A stretch of 64,000 nucleotides of DNA from assembly GCF_009834535.1 (NCBI RefSeq), contig NC_045711.1, positions 23,002,001-23,066,000 of the forward strand. The letters run 5' to 3'. This document shows, piece by piece, positions 12,203 through 25,200 of this stretch. How positions within the stretch are numbered: the stretch's first letter is position 1; each line of letters opens with the position of its first letter. The position numbers and the translations under genes were made by a program. The DNA comes from Camelus ferus. Its lineage: Eukaryota. The notes beneath the pieces are model-generated. The model was not told the DNA's origin and did not search any database. It saw nothing but the letters and a program-made list of their open reading frames with translations.

Positions 12203-13356
12203 ATTTACTGGTTAGCAAAAGCACATTTCTCTTTAACTGTCTGGGATTCCCCGGGTCTCACTGTAGACAACTCTGCCATGATTTAGGTCTGGGGATTTCT
12301 TTCTAAATCTTTTTCTAGTTTTACTGATCTCTTAGCCACAACCCTTTTTAACAGAGAAACGATCATGAAGCGTGTCCTAAGAAGAATGCTCGCTCTTCCG
12401 TCCAGGTGGGTTTCAGGACAAGACAGGGATGGAGGAGCCTGAGGCCCAGGCTGGAAAGATGAAGCCTTGGTCTTGCTGCCAGCTGGGGCTGTGAGGTCAG
12501 GTTTTGTTTGTGAAACAGACACTTGACAGTTCAGGAGCCAAGAAGACCAGCTCAGCTGTGCCTTGGGAAATGGGCTGTGGGCAGGGTGCGTGGCGGCGAG
12601 CGTGCCCAGTCGGGGGGGAGTGGGGCTGGGCGGTAGGTGTGCCCGGTGCAGACAGTCCGGTCCCCAGCTTCCCCTTCCCTCTGCTCTCCTCCCCTTTGTA
12701 AAGGCTGGTCCCAGGTGCAGTGCAGCAGTGAGACCGTAATTCCCAAACCTTCTGAGTTTTCACTCAGGATTTTGAAACTATGGGGGCCCACTGTCACAGT
12801 TTCCTCTGACACTGATCAAAAGGGGAAGCCAGGAGTTGCCTTGGGGCCTGGGCCTCTCCTGCCCTAGCCGGGCTCGCTCCCCAGGGTGGGCTCCCTGTGT
12901 CCCTGGACAGGCTGCAGAGGTGCTGAGCCCTGTCTGCAGGAAAAAAAGGACGCCAGCCCCTCCCCTGGCACCCCTCACTCTGCTGTAGGGGCAGGATGGG
13001 AAGGGTGACAGGGGAAGGGGCCCGCAGAGGAGCAGCCCCCAGGTGCCCCTGTGTCACCTCCAGCACTGGAGCAGCAGGACCTGCCAGGGCAGCCCAAAGC
13101 GACCGTCTTGTTTACGAGCTGAGCACAGTTGCTATTTTAAGATGTTGATGGAGGGCAGTGTGAGGAATGAGACCCCAGATGGGGGAAGAGGGCAGTCACT
13201 GGGCACACTGGAGGGGCAGACTGCCATGACTTTGTTCAAAATACAAGTTCCATAAGGCCATGGCCTGAGGGTGTACCTCAGAGTGGAATTTCTCTTCCTC
13301 TTGCTCTTAGGCAGAGGCCCCACCAATGACAATGAAGATTATGAATGAGGAAAACA

Positions 13357-13362
13357 TTTATT
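13357..13362 (-). terminator. SYNGR2 poly(A) signal (AATAAA)
   Basis: TTTATT on the + strand, about 860 nt past the SYNGR2 stop. Confidence 0.7.
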
Positions 13363-14220
13363 CCATCTCCAAAATTAGTCTAACAGAATCCAAGGCTGCT
13401 GTGCGTCCTCCCCCAAGGCTTTGTAATACATTCAGGACTGCCTGGGGGCTGTGGGTGTGCCCCACACCTAACTGACAAGGATATTTACATAAAGCTGGGT
13501 GTTGTCGGTCAGGCAAAGCCCCTCCCAGGGGCCAAGGGCTGGGAGCAGGGACAGGGAAGTGTGGCCCTAGCCCCCTGCGGCAGGCACCAGCCCTGCCCCT
13601 CAGCTGTCAGGAAGGTGGCTCAGAGGCACTGGCACGGGGTCGTGACCCCCGAATCAAGAGCAAGCTGACACCACAACAGCGAACATGGGGCTGCCGGCTC
13701 CCAGAGCAGGCAGGGGGTTGGGGGCACAGCCGGCAGGAAGGAACCTGAGTGAGAAGGAAGGAGCCCCAGCCCAGTGCCGGCAGCAGGACGGGGGGAAGGC
13801 CCCACCTCGTCTTTGGCAGAGAACCCCAAGTGACCTGACCATGGCCGTGGGGCCTGGGCCTGGGCCTGGCGCCTTTGGGCTGGGGAGAAGCTAAGGCACT
13901 TGACAAACAGCGTGTTAGGCACTTCGAGCTACTCCGGGCGGGGCTGGGGATCATTAAAAGCAATGACAGAACATGTCTAACTGAAAACCCTTTCCTAAAA
14001 AATGCCCTTGAGGCGCCCTTGGGGCACAGGCAGGTCAGGCCAGGGCTCTGGGCAGCCAGGGCTGGCGAGGCAGGAGCTCTCTCTCCAGGCCCGGCGTCAG
14101 CTCCAACAGGCTGGACGAAAGTGGCCAGCAGCTCTGGGGACAAGCCTCTGGGGAGGAGTCCAGGAGGAGGGGAGGCCCCCAGGCGCCCTCCCAGCTCCCC
14201 TCACCATCCCCAGCTGCAGC

Positions 14221-16981
14221 TCAGTACACGGGAGGCGGCTGGTAGCCCTCGGCCGTCTCGGCGTTCTGGGTGAAGGGTGGCTGCTGGTAGTTGTCGGGAG
14301 GCCCGCCGGGGTAGGAGGCGTAGGCCGAGCTGGGGTCCGGAGTGGGGTCCACGTAGTTCTGGATGAAGTCGTCCACTCCGGCCTTGTAGCGCTGGTAGGC
14401 CAAGGAGGCCAGCACACCCTGCAGAGAGCCCAGAGGTCTGGGTCCCTCAGCCCTCCACCACCCTTCACCAAAGACACCAGGACCCACGCCCACTCTGGTC
14501 CACCTACCCAGGAGAAGATGGAAAAGAAGCTGAAGGTGATGGCGGCCCGGGCTGAGTCGGCTCCCACCCGCACATCTTCCAGCTTGGTGGCTGCCCACTG
14601 GTTGGTAAGGAAGCAGAAGCCAACGAACCACAGGAAGGTCCAGAGAGCTGGGGAGAGGGCCAGGGGGGGCAGGGTTACTCCACAGAGGCAGAAGGGCAGG
14701 GGCCTTCTAGGGGGAGGGGGAAGCTTTCAGGGTTGTAAAGGGCACCAATGCAGGGCACCAAGGGTGGGGACAGAACTCCAGCTCTGGAGGCCTGGCTCCA
14801 ACGCCCCACTAGCACCGGCGCATTTCAGCAGCCGGTCTTCCAGAGAGGTCCGGGGATACCACTGCTCCGGTTTACCCCAAGACCAAACGGAGGTACTGCC
14901 GGCAGATACCTGAGAAGAGCAGGTCGCCGATGACCAGGTACTTGCGGTCAGTGGCGTTGCTGATCTGGGGGAAGTAGACATCGACCACGAAGAAGAAGGC
15001 GGAGGCCAGGAAGGCCAGCACGCCGATGGCACTGCCGTAGCGGCAGGCATCCTCATTGCGGTTGAACACGCAGTACTGCTGTTGGGACTCGTGGGTGTTG
15101 CTGTAGCCCTCGCCGAAGATGCAGGAGAACACGATCAAGGCGAAGACCTGGGGGTGGTCGGGGAAGGGCTGAGTGACCGCTGAACATACAGGACGCGACA
15201 AAGCCCCTGGGGGCACACAGGGTGGGGCCCTGATGGGAGTCTGGGCACTGGCATCTCCCAACTCCTGCTGTTTCCTCTGTTGGAGGCTAGCATCGCAGTC
15301 CCTCCTGAACTCGGAGTGAGTGCTTCCTAGTGCACATCCCTCCATTCTCCAGGGCCATCTCCAGACACTAGTCACAAGTCACAAGGGGCATGGCTGGGGA
15401 TTCCTGGCCTGGGGATGGGGTGGGGGTGGACGGGGATCTCCTGAGAGGGGACTGCCCCACTCAGCTGTCTGCCTGGAGGAATAGGTCATGGCGGTTAGGT
15501 ACATGATGAGGATTAAGGACAATCCGTTGACCAGGATGGGTCACAAACTCATAGAAACTCAAGCTTCAAGTCTCACCCCCTGATCACCTGCCTGAGTCAC
15601 CTCTACAGCGCTCAGCCTCTGCTTAAACTCCCAGTGATGGAGGACTCCTCCGGCTTCAGGAAAGCCTTGCCAGCAACCTGTGCTGAAACTCTGTCCCCAG
15701 GCTCCCACCTCCTGGAGCCCCCTCCAGCTCTTCCCTGCTCCAGGCTAGCCTCCCCAGTTGGCCAGCTTTCTTCCTACAAGGAATTCTGGCCTCTTTGGCA
15801 TCCTGGCCCCTGCCCTCCCAGGGAACCTCAGTCGGCCTCCTGCTCATAGTGGATTCCACCCACATAGGGGACCTCAGGCTGGTCTGCCCTGTAGACCTGT
15901 GGACACACCTCTGCACTCAGACCCCTGGAGATCCTGGGGTGGGGGACAAAGCGGGGTACCAACCAGAACTCTGGGAAGGGCTCCAGGTCCTTGGGAACAG
16001 CCTCATGTCATCTGTCTCCTCCCCAAACTTAAAGGCCACCACCCATCCCTGCCCTCTGTCAGCAGATGCAGGCGGTCTGGACACCTGGTTCCCTCTGGGA
16101 CGTGCCCAGGCCTCACCCCTGCCTGCCCTGCCTGCCTGCACAAGGCCCTCTCAATAGGCTGTGGAGATGGCAGTCACAAGCTCCACCCCCAGCTGGAGAT
16201 GGAGCTGGAACTCCGGATGCTGGGAGCAGTGTGCCAGCCTGACTCCTGGCACTGCCATCCCGAATGGTGGGCATCTGCTCCTTGGGTCAGACCCCACAGT
16301 CAGGGCCGGGGAGAGGGTGCCATAAGGGCAATTCATAAGGCTCTCCCCAGGGAGGTGTGGTGTGGGGACCGCATGCCTAGCCTGCTGCCTGCAGGCCAGC
16401 TAACACCTTGTCCAGCTTTTGGCTCGGACCTCCTTCCAACCTCCCACCCCCAATAACCTGGTGCTAGAGGGCTGGCCCAGCTCACATCCTGGGGTACATC
16501 CTGGGGTCACCTCATCTCGAGAGAGGAAGCAGACCCACGAGCTACTCTTTAGTGGAAGAGACCCTATTTCAGGGAGCCAAGCCGCCCCCCAATCCTCTGT
16601 ATCTCATGTAGCTTTGGAAAGCCCCTTCCACATGAATTCCCCAAGCTGGCAGTCGCGGCGTGCCGGTCACCTGTCCTGGAGCCGCCCCAAACTCCACCCA
16701 CCGCCAACAGGGCGACGGGCCTGCTCCCCGCGGAGACTCCCCGCCACCCCGCGCCCGGGCCCGGAGGTGGAGGCGGAGGGACCCGGTGTCTGGGGGACGG
16801 CGGGGCCCGGGGAGTGAGGGGGTGGAGGGTCCCGGGCTCCGCTCGCCGGCCCCACACGCGCCGCACCCCCTCCCGCCTCGGCCGCCGCCACCTGTTGCGC
16901 TCGCAGGCTCGCGGAGGCCACCCTCCCCCCGGGCCTGGCGACGAAGTCGGGTCGCTGCGGCCCCGCACCCCGGCTCACCAG
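14221..16981 (-). CDS. SYNGR2: Synaptogyrin-2 (cellugyrin), 5'-partial; exons [gap]-16979, 15147-14910, 14647-14508, 14418-14221
   Basis: MARVEL helices (VFALIVFSCIFGEGY, LWTFLWFVGFCFLTNQW) and Tyr/Pro tail ending YQPPPVY. Only the last exon-1 codon (CTG) and its GTGAG donor are visible; the start codon lies in the N-gap 16982-17131. Confidence 0.97.
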
Positions 16982-17400
16982 NNNNNNNNNNNNNNNNNNN
17001 NNNNNNNNNNNNNNNNNNNNNNNNNNNNNNNNNNNNNNNNNNNNNNNNNNNNNNNNNNNNNNNNNNNNNNNNNNNNNNNNNNNNNNNNNNNNNNNNNNNN
17101 NNNNNNNNNNNNNNNNNNNNNNNNNNNNNNNAGCTGGCCGCCCCGCCCCCAGCCCGGCCCCTCCCCAGGGGCGTGGCCAGCGCCTCCCCAGGGACCGAGG
17201 GCAAAGTGCCGCCCACGGCGAGCGGCGGTGCAGGGGTGCCCCGACTGGCCTGCGTTTCCAGCGGCCGACACGCGTCCGGCGGCCGCGACTCATTGTGCAG
17301 CCTACCTCTCGACCGGGATCTAGTCCCTCAGCTATGCTGGCCCCCGGCGCGACCGGAAACAGGCCAGAGAGTCCCTCAGGAAGAGAGGGACGCATGGAGG
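16650..17400. promoter_or_regulatory. SYNGR2 CpG island and promoter
   Basis: CpG-dense on both sides of the gap, with a GC box (CCGCCCCGCCCC) at about 17138-17149. Confidence 0.7.
16982..17131. other. Assembly gap; other gaps at 23161-23327, 61398-61576, 62253-62408 and 62674-62947
   Basis: Runs of N. Confidence 0.99.
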
Positions 17401-19265
17401 GCCCGCCCCTCTGCCCCAACTACCTTTTGCCCCTGCGCTCCCGCCTCCTCCGGGAAGGCCCCCGGGCGCCCGTCTGGGTCCCACCTGCCTGAGACCGGGC
17501 TCCTCCGCACCCTTTCTTTTCTCCTCCCCTATTCTATTCAAATCCCAGGCCACAGCTTGGACCCTTCCCTGCCCGGTCTGTCACTCTTTCCTCCTCTCTG
17601 GAGCTAAGCCTGGGATGGGGTCGAACCACCGCCCCTCCCAGTTCTTCCCGGGCTGGGCCCGGCCCCAAGGCTGTGAAGGGCTGTGTGTCTTGAGACAACA
17701 AACTCCCAAGATAGTGTGCAGACAGAAACGGAGTTCCCAGGGTGACAGGCAGGGAGCAGAGTTTATTCCAGTTCTTTCCGGAAATGGTTCCAAGCGTCCA
17801 AACTGGGAAGGCTCTGGGTGTGTGTCTGTGAGGGTGGAGGGTGGTTCTGCAGGGGCCTTACGCTGTCTCTGCAGGGAGGAATTCCAGACAGCCTAGTTGC
17901 AGGTAGGATTAATGAGGGGGTGCTGGCCAGGTGGGGCCCAGAGTCGTCCAGGTGAGCTGGACAGTGTGAGGTGAGTGCTGGAGCCAGAAGACTGGGCCAC
18001 CAGGAGATGGTCGCCACTCCAGGGAAGAGGGGAGCAGGGGTGGGGAGGAGGAGGTGGCCCTGGGAGGGCTGGTGCAGCTGGGCCTCTTCTACCCACCTGC
18101 TTCCCAGACCTGGATAGATGGATGGTGACCAGCAGCTGATGGGGGAGGACAGGGGCCCTCACAGAGCCTTTTCCTTCCTCTGGACCCCTCTTCCCCCTAA
18201 AGCCACCACCCCATCCTAAAACCCTTAAACTAGCACCGTGTGTGTTTGCTGAAGAACACCAGGCTCCAAGACTCCAGACCTGGTGGCTTCTTCATTCAGA
18301 CGGCGGCTCTTCCCATACGGCGCCAGGACCAGAGCTCCCCTCTGGGCCTCTGTCTTCTGGTCACAACGTTGGTGACAAAGGAGTTGAGACTCCAGGTTAG
18401 GCCAGGACACTTCCCAGCCACGCCCTCCCAAGGCCTCCAGGAATTTTATGGTGCCAAGTGCATCAGCGCCCTGGGCAGGCAGAGGGGCATGAGGTTTAGT
18501 CACCCCACTAATAAAGGGGGGCACTGAATCACCAGCAGGGCAAGCACTGGCCCTTGGTCTCTATACCCCATGTTATAGAATGAGAAACTGAGGCTCAGAG
18601 AGGGGACATGGCTCGCTCATGAGCCTGGCCTCTGGAGAGGACAGAGACTTGGGAGGAGGGTCTGGAGGTAAGACAAGGCGAGTGCCGAGGACAGGCTTCT
18701 GGACAAGCCCACTGAAAAGGCTGGCCAGGGAGAGAGGAGGAGGACCAGGAGACAGCGGTGTCTCAGGAGCCAAGAGAGGCAAGAAGTTCGGGAGGCAGAA
18801 GTGACTGCTGCCACAGGCCAGGCAGGTGGAGCACACAGAGGCCTGCAGTGCTGGGGCTTGGACAATGCAAAGGCCCTGGTCACTTTACAAGTCAGTGAAG
18901 TAATGGCCTTGGAGAGGAGACCTGTACCTGCCTCTGGTCACCAGCTGGGTAAGACTGACCCATGGGGTTCCCCTGGAGGGCAGAAGCCCACCCTGGTCTC
19001 CGAGAAGCATCATCTTCCTCAGACCAACAGGCAGTGTGGGAGCAGGCCCCACCCAGAGGCCAGCTGGCTCCACTGCAAGGTGGCTGGGAGCCTGGGCAGG
19101 GTAAGATAAAGCCAGGAATATATCCGCAGGCACCTGGCACAGGGTAGGCCCTTAATAAGCTTTTGCAAGTCATGCATCAGCAATATGGCCCTTTCTCTGC
19201 CCTCCCAACCCACCACCGGCTGCTCCCTGCGCAGTTCGCCCCTCCCTCCAGCCAGCACCCGTTTC

Positions 19266-22200
19266 CTACCTGATCCACATCATCCAGCCCAGGTTCCAAG
19301 AAGCCATAGCTGCGATGAAGATGACACCAGCCAGCAGGAAGATGGGTCCATGGGGCAGCTGTCCTGTGAGGGAGACAGGGGCGGCCGGGCGGGGCTTGAC
19401 TTGCTTTAGTCTGGGCCAGGGTAGACACGGCCGCTTCAGGACGCCCTTCCCTGCCCCTGGCGGTGGCCAGCGGGAGCTCGGCCACCTCCCGCTGACCCAC
19501 CCAGAGGTGCCGGGTGTCCCCCCCTCACCTGGGGGCACCAGCGTGAAGGCGCTGCACTGGAAGCTGATGTTGTTTGCAGCCTGGCACTGGAACCAGTGTG
19601 ACAGCTGGGTCAGTGGGAAGGAGAAGTTGGCAGGTTGCTCATCGTCTGGTCTCTGCCACATGTAGATGTGCTCATCCCTCTCGACCAGGCGGTAGGTGAT
19701 GGGTGGGCTGCCTGAGGCCGCCTGGCAGGACACCTCTACCCTGGGGCCTGATCCTCTGTCCAGCAGGGTGAAGTCAGCCTGCAGCTGGGACACGGGCTCT
19801 GGCAGGGCGGGAGAGGGTGGGAACACAGACATGGTTGGGAGACTTTAACACCCTCTCCCCTGCACATTCCCTCATTACACAATGCCTATGAGCCTCGAGG
19901 CCTAACTGTGATGGCTGCCTCCTCCAGGCAGCCTTCTGGATTACTCCCTCTGCCTTGTGTATGAGTTTCTATCTTACCTCACTGTACAATTTCACATCTG
20001 TTTTTATGTTTGTGTAGTATATTCTGGGTTGCCAGACTTAGCAGCTGAAAATACAGGGCACCCAGTTAAATTTGAATTTCAGATTAACAGTGAATAAAAT
20101 TGAATGTATGTCCTATGCAAAATGTATCTAGCAGCCCTATTTATATCCTTTCAGTCTTGATTCTTTTACTGGAATACATGCTGAAACACATGTTCTTCAG
20201 GACAAGAACTGTCACTTAGAAGATTCTGGAATTCTCCAGGGCTGTCAGAATAATGCTCTATTACCTCTGAGTAACAACCAGCACCCCTCTTAACAGATGT
20301 AAGACCTACTAAAAGCTTCCCTTGGGTTCTTCCTACCCTCTGGAGCGGCGGGCGATGGGCAGAGAGCGGGGAGGAGGGGATGTAAGTACTGTTATTACCT
20401 TCGCTTTGCAGATGAAGCAGCCAGAGGCCAAGGGAGGCTGGGCGATTTGCCCACGACCCCTCAGCCTGTGAACGTGGAGACTTGAACCCTGCACCTGTCG
20501 TGCCCAGACTGGGCTCTCCTCCCTAGGCCATCTCCTCCCTGTGGGTCCGGGGGGGGGTCACAGTCCCACCAATAATTGGGCAACACTCTCTGCTTCCCAC
20601 CCCCCACGCCTCCCACTGGGAAGGATGCCTGACTTGAGATCAGGACAGCACTGGGAAGGACGCCGTTCTGAAGGTCCAGAGAGCGGGATGTTGAATCATC
20701 TGTTGCCACTTGCAGGCCTGGGGCAACATTTTTACTCTAGAGTTTTAGCTGCCCCTTCCAGAGGCCAAGCCACCACGAACTCCAACCTCGTGCTGCTGTG
20801 AAGATTAAACTAGATGAGGCACAAAAAGTGCCTATTTCACCAGCTTGAGATCAGAGGTCAAATGGGGCCCAGGCCCTGGTCACTTCCACCCAAGGGCTCC
20901 TTGACACCCTCCTTGCGGCCCCCTAAGGCCCTGCCAGGAGACTGTGCCCTGGGGGCCCAGCCAGGAACCACACTGGCCTGTGACCAGGCCCTAAGGGACC
21001 CAGAGTGACTCTTGGAGGCAGGCAACTTGTCCCATCCCGAACCTCCTGCCTTCAGCCCTCTAAGTCCCAGACCCCAGTCCCTGCGACTCCCACCCCAGCA
21101 GCTTCTATTTATCTTCCAGACCCTGCATCCCACAGGCCCCCTTCCCCTGCACAGCTCCCGTACAACTGCAGCCTGGTGCTGGGCGCCTGTGTGCCCCAGC
21201 TGGAGGCCGCCTGGCGGAAGCAGGTGAGCCAGTCTGGCCTGGACTTGAGCATGATGTCGATGCTGAAGGAGGCTGGGTCAGAGGTTGTCACTACCTTCTT
21301 GAAGACCTCAATGTCCCCGCTGCCCCAGAGGGAGTAGGTGAGGGGCTGGGGTGCCCCGGGTGAGTGGCACGTTATGAGAACTCGGCAGCCTCTGGGGTAA
21401 AGCTCCAGGACTTTGTAGGCAATCAAGGTCCCAGGGGTGACTTCTAGAAGGTGAGACAGTCCAAGGAGAAGGTTGGAAACCAAGACTTACCAAGTACCTT
21501 AAGAAAATGCTGGTTTTGCAGTTTCTCAAAAAATTAAAGAATTTCCATATGAGCCAGGAATTCCACTCCTAGACATATAGTAAAAAAAATCGAAAACAGG
21601 GACTCTAACAGATACTTGTACACACGTGTTCACAGCTGCGCTATTCACAACAGTCCAAAGGCGGAAACAGCCCAGATGTCCATCAGTGGATGAACAGATC
21701 AATAAAACATGGTCCATCCCTATGACGGAATAGTATGCAGCCATCAAAAGGAATGATGCCCTGACACAGGCTACAACTTGGGTGAACCTTCAAACATTCT
21801 ACTGAGTGAAGTCAGCCACAAAGAGCCAGGTAGTGTATGATTCCATTCATGTGTCATATCCAGAAGGAAAAAAATCCCCCAGAAACAGAAAGCAGATTAG
21901 TGGTGAGTAGGGGCTGGGGGAGGGGCAGTGGGGAGTGACTGCTGAAGGGATGGGGGGGTCTCCTTTTGGGAAATACGAATGGACTAAATGCTACTGAATT
22001 ATCCCTTTAAAGTGGTTGATTTTTGTGTTATATGAATTTCAGCTCAATTTTTTAAAAAGGAAAGAAAAGAGGAACTACTTTCCCTGTAAGCATCTTCACT
22101 GCAGACATTTCTACTGCAGACATTTTCACCGCGTATCTAATTGGCGGTAAGGCAATTTTGCCGTGAAAGATAAAATAACTGGCTGACAGTTTGGTATCAT

Positions 22201-25200
22201 TTCTCCATTGATGCAGGACTCCCATGTTTATATTACAGAAATCTTAGTCCTCATGATGGTCTATACAGTGACAAGTACAGACGTGACAGTCTGAAAATAG
22301 TGGATGATAACAGCTTTGTAATATTGACTTGATAGAAAATGCAGCGATAAAACTTACTGGAAGTGTGAGATGAGAGTATAAAGCCAGATGGCATATTATA
22401 CTAGAAAATGATAACATATCAGTTTGCAAACCCTTTGGTGATTTGAAGGCACAGAGTTTTTCCCGTAGAACTTTGGAACGTCTATCAACAGACGTGACAA
22501 TGTGCCAAGAGCACAAGACAGTGTAGAAGGTTTTCCCAAGGCAACACAGGCCTGTTACAAATATGCATCCTAGTGTCTGGAAGTTGATACCTCTTTTTTT
22601 TAATTGAAATATACTCACAATGTTGTGTTAGTTTCTGGTGTACAGCATAGTGATTCAGTTATACATATATATATTCTTTTTCATTATAGGTTATTACAAG
22701 CTATTGAATACAATCCCCTGTGCTATACAGCAGGACCTGGTTGTTTTTCTGTTTTATATATGGTAGTTAGTATCTGCAAATCCCAAGCTCCTAATTTATC
22801 CGCACCCTTCCCCTTTGGTAACCACAAGTTTGTTTTCTATGTCTGTGAGTTTATTTCTGTTTTGTAAATAAGTTCATTTGTGTCTTTTTAGATTCCACAA
22901 ATAAGTGATATCGTATGATATTTATCTTTCTCTGTTGGACTAACTTCACTTTGTATGATAATCTCTAGGTCCATCTACGTTGTTGCAAATGGCATCATTT
23001 CATTCTTTTTTATGGATGAATAGTATTCCATAGTATATATACACCACAGCTCCTTTATCCAGTCATCTGTTAATGGACATTTAGGTTGCTTCCATGTCTT
23101 AGCTATTGTAAACAGTGCTGCTATGAACCTTGGGGTGCTTGTGTCTTTTCAAATTAGTTTNNNNNNNNNNNNNNNNNNNNNNNNNNNNNNNNNNNNNNNN
23201 NNNNNNNNNNNNNNNNNNNNNNNNNNNNNNNNNNNNNNNNNNNNNNNNNNNNNNNNNNNNNNNNNNNNNNNNNNNNNNNNNNNNNNNNNNNNNNNNNNNN
23301 NNNNNNNNNNNNNNNNNNNNNNNNNNNTTTGTGGACTTTTGAATGATGGCCATTCTGACTGGTGTGAGGTGACACCTCATTGAAGTTTTGATTTGCATTT
23401 CTCTGATAATTAGTGATACTGAACACCTTTTCACGTGCCTACTGGCCATCTGTACGTCTTCACTGGAGAAATGTCTGTGATACCTCTCTTAATGAAGGAA
23501 GAAATTTTAGTGAACAAGAAAAAGTGCAATGCTGAATGAGAAAGCAAATAAAGCAAGCAAACAAGAAAGAAAGGTAAAAAATACTATTCACGAAAGACTC
23601 GGAAAGAAGTGCTTAGGTACAGCCTGTGAGATTGAGTCAGTTATTAGTGCAGTGTTGCCATGAACCTGCACACACTTTAAATGTATTCAAATATTTTGCA
23701 TTTCGTAATAAAGTCTTTAACTTTGCCATTCATTTTTCATGTTTCATTATGTCCTTTTAAATATCCCTCTTTTATTTTTCGTTAGTTTATCTTCTCTGGC
23801 AAAATTGCCTTATGGTCAATTAGTTAATTAGTTACACAGTGAAGACATCTATGACACGGATGCTTGCTGCGAAAATCCCAGTCACAGGCTGGACCCAGCG
23901 TGGGGACATGGGCCGCAGGTGTGGTGGCAGGGCTCCTGTACCCAGGGAGGTCAACCTCTGGCTCAAAGGGACAGTCAGAGGCAGGGGGCCAACAAGCGTG
24001 ACCCAGAGCACAAGAGGTGTCACAGTGGACAGATCCTAAACTTGGAGAGGATGGACTGAACTAGAGAGAAAAGCAGGAACTTCCACAGAACAGGGAGACC
24101 CTGTAGGTAGACCAGATGCTCACAGCACCGAGCGGCCCCAGGACCCAAACCCACTCTCTAGCCACTCCCAGCAGGCGTTCATCCATCCACACACCACCTC
24201 TCGGCTTGGGAGTAACCTTTCTGCTTTGCAGGCAGATCCTGGAGTCAATGTTGATGCAGATCCTCTAAGATCTTCCCCTGGGCCCAGCCTTGCCCATGCT
24301 GAATTCTGCAGGACAGTGGTTAGGATCAAGGACGCCTTCTGAAGGGGGCTTGGGAGAGAAGGCTGAACTGTGAATGGTGGGCATCCACCTGCCTTTTCAA
24401 GAAGAGGGTGTAGGGGAAGTGCTTGACTGGGGGCAGGGAGAAGGGTGTATGAAATCTGAGTGTCCTCGGCCTCATACGTCACCCTCGCCCTGCCTGGCGG
24501 GTTGGCTCTGGAAACACTGATTAGGAACCTTCCCACGGAGCAGAAAGTTGGAGGGAACTAGACTGTGATGTTCTCCGGGGACATTTTGTAGGAATCCTAA
24601 AAGTTTCTGACCGCCAGGCATACTTCTCTCTAGACCAGTGGTTCTCACCCAGGGGTGATTCCGCCTCCAGGGGACCTTTGTGTCTGGGGACACTTTTGAT
24701 TGTCACAAGTGGGGGGTGCCCCTGGCATCTTGTGGGGGAGAGGCCAGGGAAGTGCTAGACAGCCTGCAACGCACAGGACGGCCCCCACAACAGAGGTGAC
24801 ACAGCCCCACTGGCAGCAGGGTCCAGGCTGGGAAACTGGTCTAGACAGCCAGCAGCGGCCTCCCTGGATCAGGGTTCTCGCCACCACAGATCTTTTCTCA
24901 GTTGTGCCTCTTTCTTGACTTCATGAGAACTGCTATTTTTTTTAAAATACTTTTTTTTTTCTCAAGCAGTCTTTCATGTAAAATCTTCGGTCTGAAGTTA
25001 AGAAAAGCTGTATCTAGAGTTCGATCTACTCTCTGGGGCACCAATTTGCAAACTGCAACCAACAATTTCTTCAGTGTGAGCCTGGGGCCAACTGCCTTCC
25101 GCCCCGAAGAGGCTCTTGGGGCCAGCATCTTCCTGCGGGGTGGGGTGGCGAATGGGGGTCCAGGCTTAAAAGTGACAGCACTTTTTGCTCCCTTCAGGGA

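Noticed and set aside
14002-14913. 303-aa ORF antisense to SYNGR2
   Set aside because: It is a shadow of GC-rich exons and introns on the opposite strand, with no family similarity.
16569-17607. Several ORFs of 170-315 aa across the SYNGR2 CpG island
   Set aside because: Their length is inflated by the N-gap and GC content.
24010-24150. Initial candidate for C17orf99 exons 1-2
   Set aside because: It has no ATG or proper donor. Much better exons were found at 29345-29315 and 28917-28891.
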